A stretch of 64,000 nucleotides of DNA. It comes from Armatimonadota bacterium. GTDB lineage: Bacteria > Armatimonadota > UBA10988. The stretch is taken from the NCBI GenBank assembly GCA_016235455.1, contig JACRKZ010000012.1, positions 1-64,000 on the forward strand, in the 5' to 3' direction. This document shows, piece by piece, positions 28,017 to 37,400 of this stretch. Position numbers and translations under genes: made by a program. The notes beneath the pieces were generated by a model that was given only the letters and a program-made list of their open reading frames with translations, did not search any database and was not told the DNA's origin. Position 1 is the stretch's first letter. Every line of letters starts with the position of its first letter.

Positions 28017-30449
28017 ATGGCTACTCTCGCGCTGCTCCTCACCCTCGGCCTCACCGCGCCGGGTGACGCTACGTTCGACCAGGATACCTCCGGCTGGCGG
28101 CCCCGCGCCACCTCCATCCAGGTCTCGCGCGCCACGCCGGGCCATGACGGCACGGGCGGCGCGCTGCGCGTACGCGGCCGCATCGCCGACGGCTACAACT
28201 ACGCGGTCGGCGCCAACCTGCCGCTGACCGCCGGCCAGAGCTATCGGCTGTCAGCCTGGCTCAGGTTGGAGAAGCTGGGTCAGGGCACGCCGGCGCCCTT
28301 CCTCAAGTGCGAGTTCATGGCGGCTGACGGCCGCGCGCTGGGCCGCGCCAACACCGGCGAGGCCGAGATCGGCCGGCTCGGCGCGTGGCAGCAGATCGAG
28401 GGCGAGTTCACCGCGCCGGCCGAGGCCACCGCCGGCTGGGTGGCCATCGAGAAGGGCACCGACGCCCCGTGCGAGATCGACCTGCTGCTGGACGACGTGC
28501 GGCTGGAGCCCATCGCACGGCTGACCGCGGCCGACCGCTTCAGCCTCGAGCCAACGCCGGCCATGGTGGCGCTGCGCGGGCAGCATCCGCGCCTCCTCCT
28601 CACGCCCGCGCGCGCGGCTGAGTTGCGCGGGCGCCTCGGCACCACGCACCGGCCCATCTGGGACCGACTGCGGCCGGCGATCGAGCGGTACGCCGCGAGC
28701 AAGCCGCCGGGCTACGAGGGCAAGACCGACAGCAGCGGCGATGAGCAGCTCTGGCAGCGTGGCGTGGGCAACGCCATGCCCTATCTGGCGCTGGGCTGGC
28801 TGATGACCCGCGAGCAACGCTATCTCGACGCCGCGTCGGCTTGGGCCACGGCGTCGTGTGGCTACCCGACCTGGGGACTGAAGGGCATCGACGGCATGGA
28901 CCTGGCCACTGGCCACCAGATGCTGGGGCTGGCGGTCATCTATGACTGGTGCGGCGCCGACCTGCCCGAGCCCACGCGCCGGCTGATCCGCGAGACGCTG
29001 CTACGGCGTGGCGGCCGGCAGTACGAGGCGGCGGCCACGGGCGAGGTGTGGTGGTCGAAGTCGTACCTCCAGAACCACCAGTGGGTCAGCACCACCGGCC
29101 TAGCCGCCGCTGGGCTGGCGCTCTGGGACGAGGCGCCCGACACGCTGCGCTGGGTCGGGCTGGCGCGCGACAAGTACCGCACCACCTGGAGCGCGCTAGG
29201 CAGCGACGGCGCCTCGCACGAGGGCCTGGGCTACTGGGGGTACGGCGTCGAGTACATGCTCAAATACGCCGCGCTGGCCCACGATCTGCTGGGTGACGAC
29301 CTTTACGACCACCCGTGGTGGCGCGATACCGCCGCCTACCGGCTCTATGGCTCGCTGCCGCGCGCGGCCTGGACCAGCGGCAACGTGCTGGTCGACCTGG
29401 CCGACTGCCCGCGCGGCAACTGGTATGGCCCCGAGTACATGCTGCGGCGGCTGGCCGCCGAGTACCGCGACGGCACGGCGCAGTGGCTGGCGCAGCAGGT
29501 GGACGACAGCAACACCACCTCGGCCGAGGCCTCATGGCTCAACCTGCTGTGGTACGACCCGACGCTGACGCCGCGGCCGCCAGACAACCTGCCGACGCTG
29601 CGGCACTTCGAGGATCTGGGCATCGTCTCGGCACGCTCCGACTGGTCGGGCCGCGAGAGCCTGCTCTACTTGCGCTGCGGCCCGCCGTTGGGCCATGAGG
29701 CCGGGGGCAAGTTCGGCTACGATGCGGGCAGCGGCCACGTCCACCCGGACCTGAACCACTTCAGCCTGTTCGGCGCGGGCGCCTGGCTGCTGCGCGACGA
29801 CGGCTACAGCGCCAAGTGGACCCGCCAGCACAACACGCTCCTCGTGGGCGGCCGCGGGCAGCTCGGCGAAGGGCATATGTGGTTCGCCGGCGCGCCGTTC
29901 ATGCGGCTCCAGCCCGGTCCGCGCATCCTGCGCGTCGATAGCACGCCTGACCTCGATACCATCAGCGCCGACGCCACCAGCGGCTATCCGGCCGACCTCG
30001 GGCTGCGGCGGTTCGTGCGGCACTGGCTGTTCGTCAAGCCCAACGTGCTGCTCGTGCTCGACGACGTTGCCACGGCCGCGCCCGCCGACCTGGAACTGCA
30101 CTTCTTCCCGGAGCAGACGCCGACACCCGAGCCCGATGGGTTCCGGGTCGAGGCCAAGGGCTACCGCCTGCGCGTGACCTCACTGACCGCGACCGACGGC
30201 GTGGCGACCGAGCCCGTGGCCATCGCCGGCCGCGAGGGCGGCCAAGGCGCCACGCGACCAGCGCTGGTGCTGCGACGGCACGCCGACCGGTGGCGCCAGG
30301 CGACGGCGGTGGCGTGGAGTGCCGCGGAAGCGCGGCCCGAGCCGGTCCTGCTGGCCACCGACCGCGAACGGTGGATCGTCACGGTCGGTGGGCGGCGCAT
30401 CGCGTGGGACTGGGTCACACAGCGCGGCCAGGAGGATGCGGGCCATTAG
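28017..30449 (+). CDS. DUF4962/heparinase II/III-like polysaccharide lyase with N-terminal CBM-like domain
   Basis: Signal peptide; CBM4/9-like start; QHPRLLL; QNH; DGASHEGLGYWGYG; GHVHPDLNHF; HNTLLV. Confidence 0.82.
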   Translation: MATLALLLTLGLTAPGDATFDQDTSGWRPRATSIQVSRATPGHDGTGGALRVRGRIADGYNYAVGANLPLTAGQSYRLSAWLRLEKLGQGTPAPFLKCEFMAADGRALGRANTGEAEIGRLGAWQQIEGEFTAPAEATAGWVAIEKGTDAPCEIDLLLDDVRLEPIARLTAADRFSLEPTPAMVALRGQHPRLLLTPARAAELRGRLGTTHRPIWDRLRPAIERYAASKPPGYEGKTDSSGDEQLWQRGVGNAMPYLALGWLMTREQRYLDAASAWATASCGYPTWGLKGIDGMDLATGHQMLGLAVIYDWCGADLPEPTRRLIRETLLRRGGRQYEAAATGEVWWSKSYLQNHQWVSTTGLAAAGLALWDEAPDTLRWVGLARDKYRTTWSALGSDGASHEGLGYWGYGVEYMLKYAALAHDLLGDDLYDHPWWRDTAAYRLYGSLPRAAWTSGNVLVDLADCPRGNWYGPEYMLRRLAAEYRDGTAQWLAQQVDDSNTTSAEASWLNLLWYDPTLTPRPPDNLPTLRHFEDLGIVSARSDWSGRESLLYLRCGPPLGHEAGGKFGYDAGSGHVHPDLNHFSLFGAGAWLLRDDGYSAKWTRQHNTLLVGGRGQLGEGHMWFAGAPFMRLQPGPRILRVDSTPDLDTISADATSGYPADLGLRRFVRHWLFVKPNVLLVLDDVATAAPADLELHFFPEQTPTPEPDGFRVEAKGYRLRVTSLTATDGVATEPVAIAGREGGQGATRPALVLRRHADRWRQATAVAWSAAEARPEPVLLATDRERWIVTVGGRRIAWDWVTQRGQEDAGH

Positions 30450-30469
30450 GGGCGCTCCCAGGGCGTGGT

Positions 30470-30814
30470 TCAGCGCCCGAGGACCACATCGAGGCCGTCG
30501 AGGATGCTCTGCAGCAAACTCTCCGGCAGTCGGCCGACGAGCTCCAAGAGCGCCCCACGGCCCAAGGTCGTGACCTGCGACGTCTGCGCCACGGAGTCGT
30601 GTGGCAGCCCCGAGTCGTCGCTGCGAAGCAGGACATGGCCAGGCACGCCGGCCCAGCAACGCGTCGTGGTGAGTGGTGCGCAGACCACGGTAGCCAGGCG
30701 GCCGCGGTTGAACCCGTCGCTCTGCACAATGACCACGGGCCGACGGTAGCCGGACTCTGAGCCCACCGGCTCAGGCAGGTCGGCCCACCACGCTTCGCCC
30801 TGACAGATCACCAC
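30470..30814 (-). CDS. mazF: PemK/MazF-family toxin (endoribonuclease)
   Basis: QGEAWWADLPEPVGSESGYRRPVVIVQSDGFN...SGLPHDSVAQTSQVTTL. Confidence 0.9.
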   Translation of the reverse strand: MVICQGEAWWADLPEPVGSESGYRRPVVIVQSDGFNRGRLATVVCAPLTTTRCWAGVPGHVLLRSDDSGLPHDSVAQTSQVTTLGRGALLELVGRLPESLLQSILDGLDVVLGR

Positions 30815-31059
30815 TCGACCCGACGCAACGTGGCCGCCGCCGCCGCGCGGACAAAGGGACCTGTATCGTCGTCGTCGCCATGCTCCGCAATCTGGTCCAC
30901 CACGAGGTTGATGGCCTCGGTCATCCGGTCGTCGCGTTCGCGCTGCAGGTAGTCGCGAAGGGCCTCCTGGTAGAGTGAGCTACGCGTGATGCCGCGCGCC
31001 CTGGCCAGCCGTTCGGCCTCCGCATACAGCTCATCAGGCACAGATACAGCAGTCTTCAT
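30808..31059 (-). CDS. Ribbon-helix-helix antitoxin (ChpI/CopG-like)
   Basis: MKTAVSVPDELYAEAERLARARGITRSSLYQEALRDYL; overlaps the toxin start. Confidence 0.88.
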   Translation of the reverse strand: MKTAVSVPDELYAEAERLARARGITRSSLYQEALRDYLQRERDDRMTEAINLVVDQIAEHGDDDDTGPFVRAAAAATLRRVEW

Positions 31060-31065
31060 ACGCGG

Positions 31066-31094
31066 ACAATGACCAGCCGGGGCGCCGGTGTCAA
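31066..31094 (-). promoter_or_regulatory. Sigma70-type promoter giving a probable leaderless TA transcript
   Basis: TTGACA-17 nt-CATTGT-6 nt-ATG with no SD sequence. Confidence 0.55.
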
Positions 31095-32242
31095 TCCACC
31101 GTCCCACCCTCGATCACCAGCACACGGATCGGCTCGCGCAGGTAACCGGGGCGGAAATGGGCGGCCCGCGCCAGGAAGTCATCGGTGACCACGTAGCCGC
31201 GAGCCGCCAGCAGCAGACCGGTGGTGGTGGTGAGGTCAGTGGCCAGCTGCATGCCCTGGCGCAGGCGGCCCAACGGGACGTCGCGCACGAACTGCTGCGG
31301 CGCCGAGCTGCCGCGGCAGGCGTCGAGCGCGGCGAACAACGGGTCGCTCGCGCCGAGCCGCCGACGCATCTTGTCCAGCGCCGCCAGTCGGCTCATGCCG
31401 CTCGTTTCCAGCGCCTCGAACTCCAGCGCCAGACGGAGCAGGTCAGCCTCGCGGCCCAGTGGCGTCTGGTCCCCATCGCCAGCGCCCAGCTTGGGCAGAT
31501 ACGGCTCGCCGGCCAGCCGCAGGATCTCGAGCACCGGCTCCAGCCGCGGAATACTGCCCAGCATGGCGGCGGTCAGACCAGGCGCGCGGGCCACCATCTG
31601 GCGCTCGGCAGGGGTCATCGGTTCGCCATAGTGATGCTTGTGCGCCACCTCGTCGGGCAGGCCGATGCAGCCCAGTTCAGAGAGCATGGCGGCCACTTCC
31701 ACTGCCCAGCGGTGGTGCACGGGCACGCGCGCCAGCAGGTCCTTGACCAGCGCGGTCACGCGCGTGGCGCGGCCGAACACCAGCGGACTGGTCAGGGCCA
31801 GCACCTGCGTCAGCGCTTTGATGCTGCCCAGCAGCGTCTGGCCCAGCAGGACGCGCTCGGCGACCACCAGGTTGTACTGCTCGACAGCCAGTTCGAAGGC
31901 CGTGCGCAGGTCGGCCGGCGGGCAGGGCTTGGTCAGGAAGCGGAAGATCCGCCCGTCGTTGATGGCGCTGATGGCGGCTTCGATGTCGGCATGGCCGGTG
32001 AGCAACATGCGCGTCGCGTCGGGCGCCTGCTCGCGCACACGGGCAAGGAACTGCGCGCCGTCCATGCCCGGCATACGCATGTCGGACAGCACCACGGCGA
32101 ACGGGCCCTGCTCGGCCAGCACGGCGAGGCCGGCTTCGCCGCTTTCGGCGGTCACCACCCGATAGGCGCGCCCGAGGTGCAGCGTCAGGCCGGCGAGCAC
32201 GTTCGGCTCGTCGTCCACGCAGAGCACTGCAATCCGCTCCAT
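31091..32242 (-). CDS. Response regulator with degenerate HD-GYP-like domain
   Basis: VDDE...SDMRMPGMDG...LTGH...TKP receiver; AAMLSELGC where HD would be expected. Confidence 0.85.
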   Translation of the reverse strand: MERIAVLCVDDEPNVLAGLTLHLGRAYRVVTAESGEAGLAVLAEQGPFAVVLSDMRMPGMDGAQFLARVREQAPDATRMLLTGHADIEAAISAINDGRIFRFLTKPCPPADLRTAFELAVEQYNLVVAERVLLGQTLLGSIKALTQVLALTSPLVFGRATRVTALVKDLLARVPVHHRWAVEVAAMLSELGCIGLPDEVAHKHHYGEPMTPAERQMVARAPGLTAAMLGSIPRLEPVLEILRLAGEPYLPKLGAGDGDQTPLGREADLLRLALEFEALETSGMSRLAALDKMRRRLGASDPLFAALDACRGSSAPQQFVRDVPLGRLRQGMQLATDLTTTTGLLLAARGYVVTDDFLARAAHFRPGYLREPIRVLVIEGGTVD

Positions 32243-32256
32243 CGTCACGTGTCCCT

Positions 32257-33450
32257 TCAGCCGCTGGCATCCAAGGTGGCCAACCACGCAGGCAGCCGCT
32301 CGGCCAGCCCGAGCCTGGCCACCAGCGTGCTGTCCGGCCCGTCAGGCAGCGGTCCGGTCGCACCCGCGCCGGAGCTTGCGACGCCCACCAGGCCGTTGGC
32401 GATGTGCGTCACGGCGGGCAGACCCAGCACGTCGCCATCGATCCGGTCGGGTGAATGATGGCAGGTCACCGCCTCGACCACGAGCTCTGGCAAGCCCCAC
32501 AGACCCAGCAGGTAACCGCCGATTTCGGCATGGGTGACGCCGTAGAGAGTCCGCTCGGCGGCATGCAGGGAGCATCCACCCCGCTCCGCCTCGTCGCGGG
32601 CCGCGGCCAGATGCTGGGGCAACTCGGTCAGGAGAACCAGCTTGCCCACGTCGTGCAGCAGTCCGGCGACAAACGCGTCGTCGCGCCAACTCTCGCCATG
32701 GCTGATCGTGGCCGCCATGGCTGCCGTGCGCAGCGCGTGGTCCTGCTGGGCCGCCAGCGCGCCGCGCAAACTTTCGTCGCTCGACTCGCGACCGAACAGC
32801 TCGGCGGCCAGACTCAGATGCCGGATGGTGTTGAACCCCAGGTAGACCACCGCCTCATCGACGGTCGAGATAGAGCGCGACAGGCGGAAGAACGCGGAGT
32901 TGACCATCTGCAGAACCTTGGCCGACATGGCCACGTCCTGCTTGACGATGGCGCAGACCTGGACCGAGGTCACCGCGTCGTCGGCCAGCGCCTCCACCAG
33001 CTTGGTGTAGACGGCCGGCACCGGCGGCAAGCGGTCGATGCGACCCACCACGCTCAGCACCGCCTCGTTGTTCATGGCCTCGCGCAGCTCACAGACGCGA
33101 GTGATGGCGTCCTCGATGACCCCGGGCTCGCTGGGTTTGGCGATGAACTGGTGCGACACGCCAGCAGCCCGCAAGGCCAGGCTGTCATCGGCCTGTCCCG
33201 ACATGGCGATACGCGTCACGCGCGGCCAACGCTGGCACACCTGGGAGAGCAGCGTGGCCCCGTCCATCTCCGGCATACGCAGGTCGGACACGATGATGTC
33301 CACGGTGCGACCCGCCATCAGTTCCAGGGCGTCGCGACCGCTGGAGACGAACATCAGGTCCCACTGCCGGCGCTGCCGGTACAAACGCGTACGCAAGCCA
33401 TCGAGCACATGCGGCTCGTCGTCGACAAAGAGCACAAACGGCTTGGCCAT
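32257..33450 (-). CDS. Response regulator with HDOD domain
   Basis: VDDE/SDLRMP receiver; LPPVP, QDVAMSAKVLQMVNSAFF, GLLHDVGKL, HAEIGGYLLGLWGLP. Confidence 0.9.
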   Translation of the reverse strand: MAKPFVLFVDDEPHVLDGLRTRLYRQRRQWDLMFVSSGRDALELMAGRTVDIIVSDLRMPEMDGATLLSQVCQRWPRVTRIAMSGQADDSLALRAAGVSHQFIAKPSEPGVIEDAITRVCELREAMNNEAVLSVVGRIDRLPPVPAVYTKLVEALADDAVTSVQVCAIVKQDVAMSAKVLQMVNSAFFRLSRSISTVDEAVVYLGFNTIRHLSLAAELFGRESSDESLRGALAAQQDHALRTAAMAATISHGESWRDDAFVAGLLHDVGKLVLLTELPQHLAAARDEAERGGCSLHAAERTLYGVTHAEIGGYLLGLWGLPELVVEAVTCHHSPDRIDGDVLGLPAVTHIANGLVGVASSGAGATGPLPDGPDSTLVARLGLAERLPAWLATLDASG

Positions 33451-33456
33451 CTCCAA

Positions 33457-35433
33457 CTACCCCTTGACCCCTGAGGCTTCGATTGGCAGCTTGATCACGA
33501 ACTCTGTGCCCTGCCCCACCTCGCTGGTAAACGTCAGGGTCCCGCCGTGCTTCTCGACCACGATGGACCGGGCGATGGCCAGTCCCTGCCCGCTGCCCTT
33601 GCCGACAGCCTTGGTGGTGAAGAACGGATCGAACACGCGCCCGGCTATCTCGTCCGGGATGCCATGGCCGGTATCGGCGATGGCCAGCCGCACCATGTCG
33701 CCCTCGCGGCGCGTCGTCACGCGGATGGTGCCCAGCTTGCCGCTGTCGCCGACCGCCTCGCCAATGGCATGCGCGGCGTTCACGATGATATTCAGGAAGA
33801 CCTGGTTGAGGTCGCCGATGTGGCAGCTCACCAGCGGCAGATTGCCAAGCGAGCACTCTACCTCGGCCACGTACTTGTACTCGTTGCGGGCGATGGTCAG
33901 CGTGCTCCCGATGGCCTTATTCAGGTCGGCGGGGCTCTTTTCGCGCTGGTCAGGGTGGGCGAAGTCCTTCATGGCGCGCACGATCGTGGCCACCCGGTCG
34001 ATACCGTCGAAGCAACGGTCGAGCGATGCCGGCGCGTTATCCAGCATGAACTCCAGGTCGGCCTCCTCCTCGGCCGCGGCCAACGCCGCCAGGCCAGCCT
34101 CGCCGGCCGTGGCGCGCGCCGACTCCCGGTAGGCGGAGAGCACCTGGCTCAGGCCCTCGAACGCCTCGCGCAGGAAGTGGACGCTGTCGCCGACATACTG
34201 GATGGGCGTGTTGATCTCGTGCGCAATGCCCGCGGCCAACTGGCCTACGGCCTCGAGCTTGCGCGCATGGCCCAGCTCGGCTTCGAGCTGGCGCCGGGCC
34301 GTCAGGTCCACAAACGACTCCAGGTAGACGGACTCGCCATCCAAGTTGAGCCGATGCAAGCTGCGCAGGACCGGCAAGGGCGGATCCGTGCGACGGGGCA
34401 ACAGCGTCTCGCTCCGGGCGGGCTCGGGGTGGTCGCCGTGCAGCAGGCACGGCTCGCCTTCGGCCTGGCAGAGCGCCGCGTTGCACGGCAGGCCGATGAT
34501 CTCCTCGGCGTCCTCGGCCTGGACCATGTCCAGCGCCGCCTGGTTAGCCCAGCGCACCCGCCGGTCAGCCCCGGAGATGACGATGCCGACCGGCATGCTG
34601 TTGAGGATCCAACGCAACCGGTTCTCGCTGTCGCGCAGCCGTTGCTCGAACCGCAGGCGCTGCGTGATGTCGCGCACGATGCCCAGCGCCCACCACTCGC
34701 CATGTACGTAAGCCGAACTCAGCGACAGCTCGACGGGGAACTCCTCGCCGCTCTTGCGCAGGGCTTTCAGGATGACGGTCGTCCCGATCGCACGACCTTC
34801 GCCGTTCCCCGCGAAGAGCCGCGCGGCGTGGTCGGCCTCCTCGCGCTGGGCCGGCGGGACCAGCAGCGAGTGGACTGGCCGACCCTCCACCTCGCTCGAG
34901 GTGTAGCCAAACATGCTCTCAGCCGCCGCGTTCCAGAAGTTGATGCGGCTGTCGCCGCCGATCAGGATGATGCCGTCGGTGGCCGCCCGGCTGATCAGGC
35001 TCAGGCGCTCGTTGAGCCGGTGCTGCTCCAAACGGGCCTCGTGCAGCCGCAGTTGCGCCCACACCCGGAAGCGCAGCGTGTCGACGCTGAGCGGCGTGTG
35101 GATGATGTCCGTCGCTCCGGCCCGCGCGGCGGCGGCGGCCATGGCCGAGTCGCCCCGCACGGTGATTGCCGCCACGGCCAGATCGTCACCACGCGGATGG
35201 TGCCGCAGGGCGCTGCAGAGCGCCAAGCCATCGTCACTCGACAGCGCTGTGTCGACGATGGCCAGACACGGCGTCCGCACCTCCAGGTAGGCCAATGCCT
35301 GGGCAGCGTTCGACGTCCGCTCGACCTCGAGGCCTTCCTGAGCCAGCAGTGATGCCAACGCCTCGCCCACCGCCTGGTCGTCGATGACGACCAGGACGGC
35401 ATGGCGCTCCTTGGCGCACGGCAGCACATGCAT
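33457..35433 (-). CDS. Cytoplasmic hybrid sensor histidine kinase (REC-PAS-PAS-HisKA-HATPase)
   Basis: GIAHEINTP H-box, NIIVNAAHA N-box, DTGHG, FDPFFTTK, GQGLAI; PAS/PAC RKSGEEFPVELS. Confidence 0.92.
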   Translation of the reverse strand: MHVLPCAKERHAVLVVIDDQAVGEALASLLAQEGLEVERTSNAAQALAYLEVRTPCLAIVDTALSSDDGLALCSALRHHPRGDDLAVAAITVRGDSAMAAAAARAGATDIIHTPLSVDTLRFRVWAQLRLHEARLEQHRLNERLSLISRAATDGIILIGGDSRINFWNAAAESMFGYTSSEVEGRPVHSLLVPPAQREEADHAARLFAGNGEGRAIGTTVILKALRKSGEEFPVELSLSSAYVHGEWWALGIVRDITQRLRFEQRLRDSENRLRWILNSMPVGIVISGADRRVRWANQAALDMVQAEDAEEIIGLPCNAALCQAEGEPCLLHGDHPEPARSETLLPRRTDPPLPVLRSLHRLNLDGESVYLESFVDLTARRQLEAELGHARKLEAVGQLAAGIAHEINTPIQYVGDSVHFLREAFEGLSQVLSAYRESARATAGEAGLAALAAAEEEADLEFMLDNAPASLDRCFDGIDRVATIVRAMKDFAHPDQREKSPADLNKAIGSTLTIARNEYKYVAEVECSLGNLPLVSCHIGDLNQVFLNIIVNAAHAIGEAVGDSGKLGTIRVTTRREGDMVRLAIADTGHGIPDEIAGRVFDPFFTTKAVGKGSGQGLAIARSIVVEKHGGTLTFTSEVGQGTEFVIKLPIEASGVKG

Positions 35434-35654
35434 GGACTGACTTCCCGCTCACGCCCGCGGACTCGTCTGGCGAGTACCGACGGGCGGCCCGCCGGCGTGT
35501 ATCACCCTGTTTACCTCGTCCCACGAGCGCAGTAAAGGACCAGACCGCGTCATACGCGTCATGTTCGCTTAAGGTTGGGTCGAAGTGCGGACCGCCTCGA
35601 CGCTTGACCGCGCCGGTGGCGGGGCACTACGCTGACCCGCACGGAGAGTGCCCG

Positions 35655-37400
35655 ATGCGCCGATGGTGTCTCGTGCTGTGCATCGCGGCAGCGACGGCCG
35701 GTGCCGTCGAGCTGCCGCGGCCCGCGTTCGCCAACAGCTTCTGCCTGTTCCCCATCAACGAGCGCTTCCACCTGCGCGCGCCAGGCGACCGCGAGCGCCT
35801 CGTGGCCTGGGTCGGCGAGATGCGCGCCGTGCTAGGCCCGGCCCGGCTGTACGCGCCGTTGGGCGTGGCGATCATCTCCGAGGGCGAAGAGTGGGAGCTG
35901 TTCGAGTTCTGTCGCCGGCAGGGCGTGCAACTGGTCCTGCAGGGCGGCGCCATCGAGCATCACGCCGTGGCCTGGGGCTTCCCCCGGCTGCTGCGCGACC
36001 CGGCCCAGGGCGACCGGCGTTTCGCTCAGTGGTTCCAGGATGGGCTCATCGCCGATCCCGGCAAGGAAGACCAGCACGATTTCGGCTACCGCGCCTGCGC
36101 CAGCGTCTATGCCAAGCCCGTGCAGGCACTGCGCCGCGCCGCGGACCTGCCGCGTTCGGCGCGCATCGCGGCTTCGATGAAGCGCTACCCCGATGTCGTT
36201 GTGGGCTGCAGCGGGCCCATCGAGTGCGAAATGCACCAGGGCGACGACCGCTGGGGCGACTACAGCCCGTTCACGCTGGCCGAGTTCCGCGACTACCTGA
36301 CCCATCGTGGCATCTACGCGGCCGGCGCGGCGCGAGCCGGCGAGGGCTGGCCCGGCGGGCAGGTGTTCGCCGACGATCCGTCGCCCGACCGTGCGGTCGG
36401 CGGTAACGTCACCTTCAATGCCACCTTCGGTACGCGGTTCGCCTCATGGTCGCTGCGCTACTGGGATCCTGAGGTGTACCCCGAGCGCCTGCCACTCGAT
36501 GCGCCTGGCCTGCCCCAGCCCGGTGCGCGCGGCTTCTTGGCCGGCGGGTTCGACGCGCCACGCGTGTGGCCGGGCCGGCCGCCGCTAGCGGGCCTCGCCG
36601 CGGAGGGCAATGAGCGACTGTGGGAGGCCTGGGCCAGCACCGACGACGCCCGACCGGGCTTCCGCGCCAAGCTGCTGTCGTGGTGGGTCGGTGACCACAC
36701 GCGCATGCTGGCCGAGGCCGGCGTGCCGCGCGAGCGCATCTTCAGCCACCAGATACCCGGCGAGAGCTACGGACTCGGGCGGCTAAGCCAGGGCGCCTCC
36801 ATGGTCCAGACCGCGCACACGCCCAGCGGCAGCATCGGCATCACCACCTACTTCGGCGCCGCGTCCGACGTCGAGGTGTTCACCAAGCTCACCGCGTTGG
36901 ACGCCAACTGGGGCATCTTCGAGTACCATCCGCACCCCATCGGCGCGCTCACCGCGCCGGTCTCGGAGTACCTGCACTCGATGTGGACCTGCGTGCGCTT
37001 CCGCGCCCACGTACTCACCCCCATCGACTGGACCTCGGACGACAAGGACTTCGTCGTGCGCCGTGGCCCGTTTGCCCAAGCCATGGCGCAGGTGCTGGCG
37101 GCCCTGCCCGACCAACCCTACTACGACCGCGCGCCGGTCGCCTACACGCCGCCCGCCGTCGCCGGCGTGCAGGCCGAGCGCCTGGCGGGCAACCAGGCCA
37201 AGATCACCTGGTCGCCACTGCTCTGGCCGGACCTGAAGCACGTTTGGACCGACTGGCGCGACTTCGACCAGTTTGAGGTGCGGGCCGCCGACGGCCGCGT
37301 GCTGGGCCGCACGCGCGAGGCCAGCCTGACCGTGCCCGGCGACGGACAGGGCCTGCGTGTGGTGGCCACCCGCCGACCGCCGGTCGCCATCGACCAGTAA
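35655..37400 (+). CDS. Secreted hypothetical protein (possible TIM-barrel GH plus Fn3); N-terminal part of a split gene
   Basis: GGAG RBS, signal peptide MRRWCLVLCIAAATAGA; WGDYSPFTLAEFRDYL, WGIFEYHP; Fn3-like tail. Confidence 0.65.
   Translation: MRRWCLVLCIAAATAGAVELPRPAFANSFCLFPINERFHLRAPGDRERLVAWVGEMRAVLGPARLYAPLGVAIISEGEEWELFEFCRRQGVQLVLQGGAIEHHAVAWGFPRLLRDPAQGDRRFAQWFQDGLIADPGKEDQHDFGYRACASVYAKPVQALRRAADLPRSARIAASMKRYPDVVVGCSGPIECEMHQGDDRWGDYSPFTLAEFRDYLTHRGIYAAGAARAGEGWPGGQVFADDPSPDRAVGGNVTFNATFGTRFASWSLRYWDPEVYPERLPLDAPGLPQPGARGFLAGGFDAPRVWPGRPPLAGLAAEGNERLWEAWASTDDARPGFRAKLLSWWVGDHTRMLAEAGVPRERIFSHQIPGESYGLGRLSQGASMVQTAHTPSGSIGITTYFGAASDVEVFTKLTALDANWGIFEYHPHPIGALTAPVSEYLHSMWTCVRFRAHVLTPIDWTSDDKDFVVRRGPFAQAMAQVLAALPDQPYYDRAPVAYTPPAVAGVQAERLAGNQAKITWSPLLWPDLKHVWTDWRDFDQFEVRAADGRVLGRTREASLTVPGDGQGLRVVATRRPPVAIDQ

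Noticed and set aside
27984-28020. CGAACCATG and CGCGGAC short duplications at the lyase start
   Set aside because: Short GC-rich duplications that only make the start codon ambiguous; no further support for a function.
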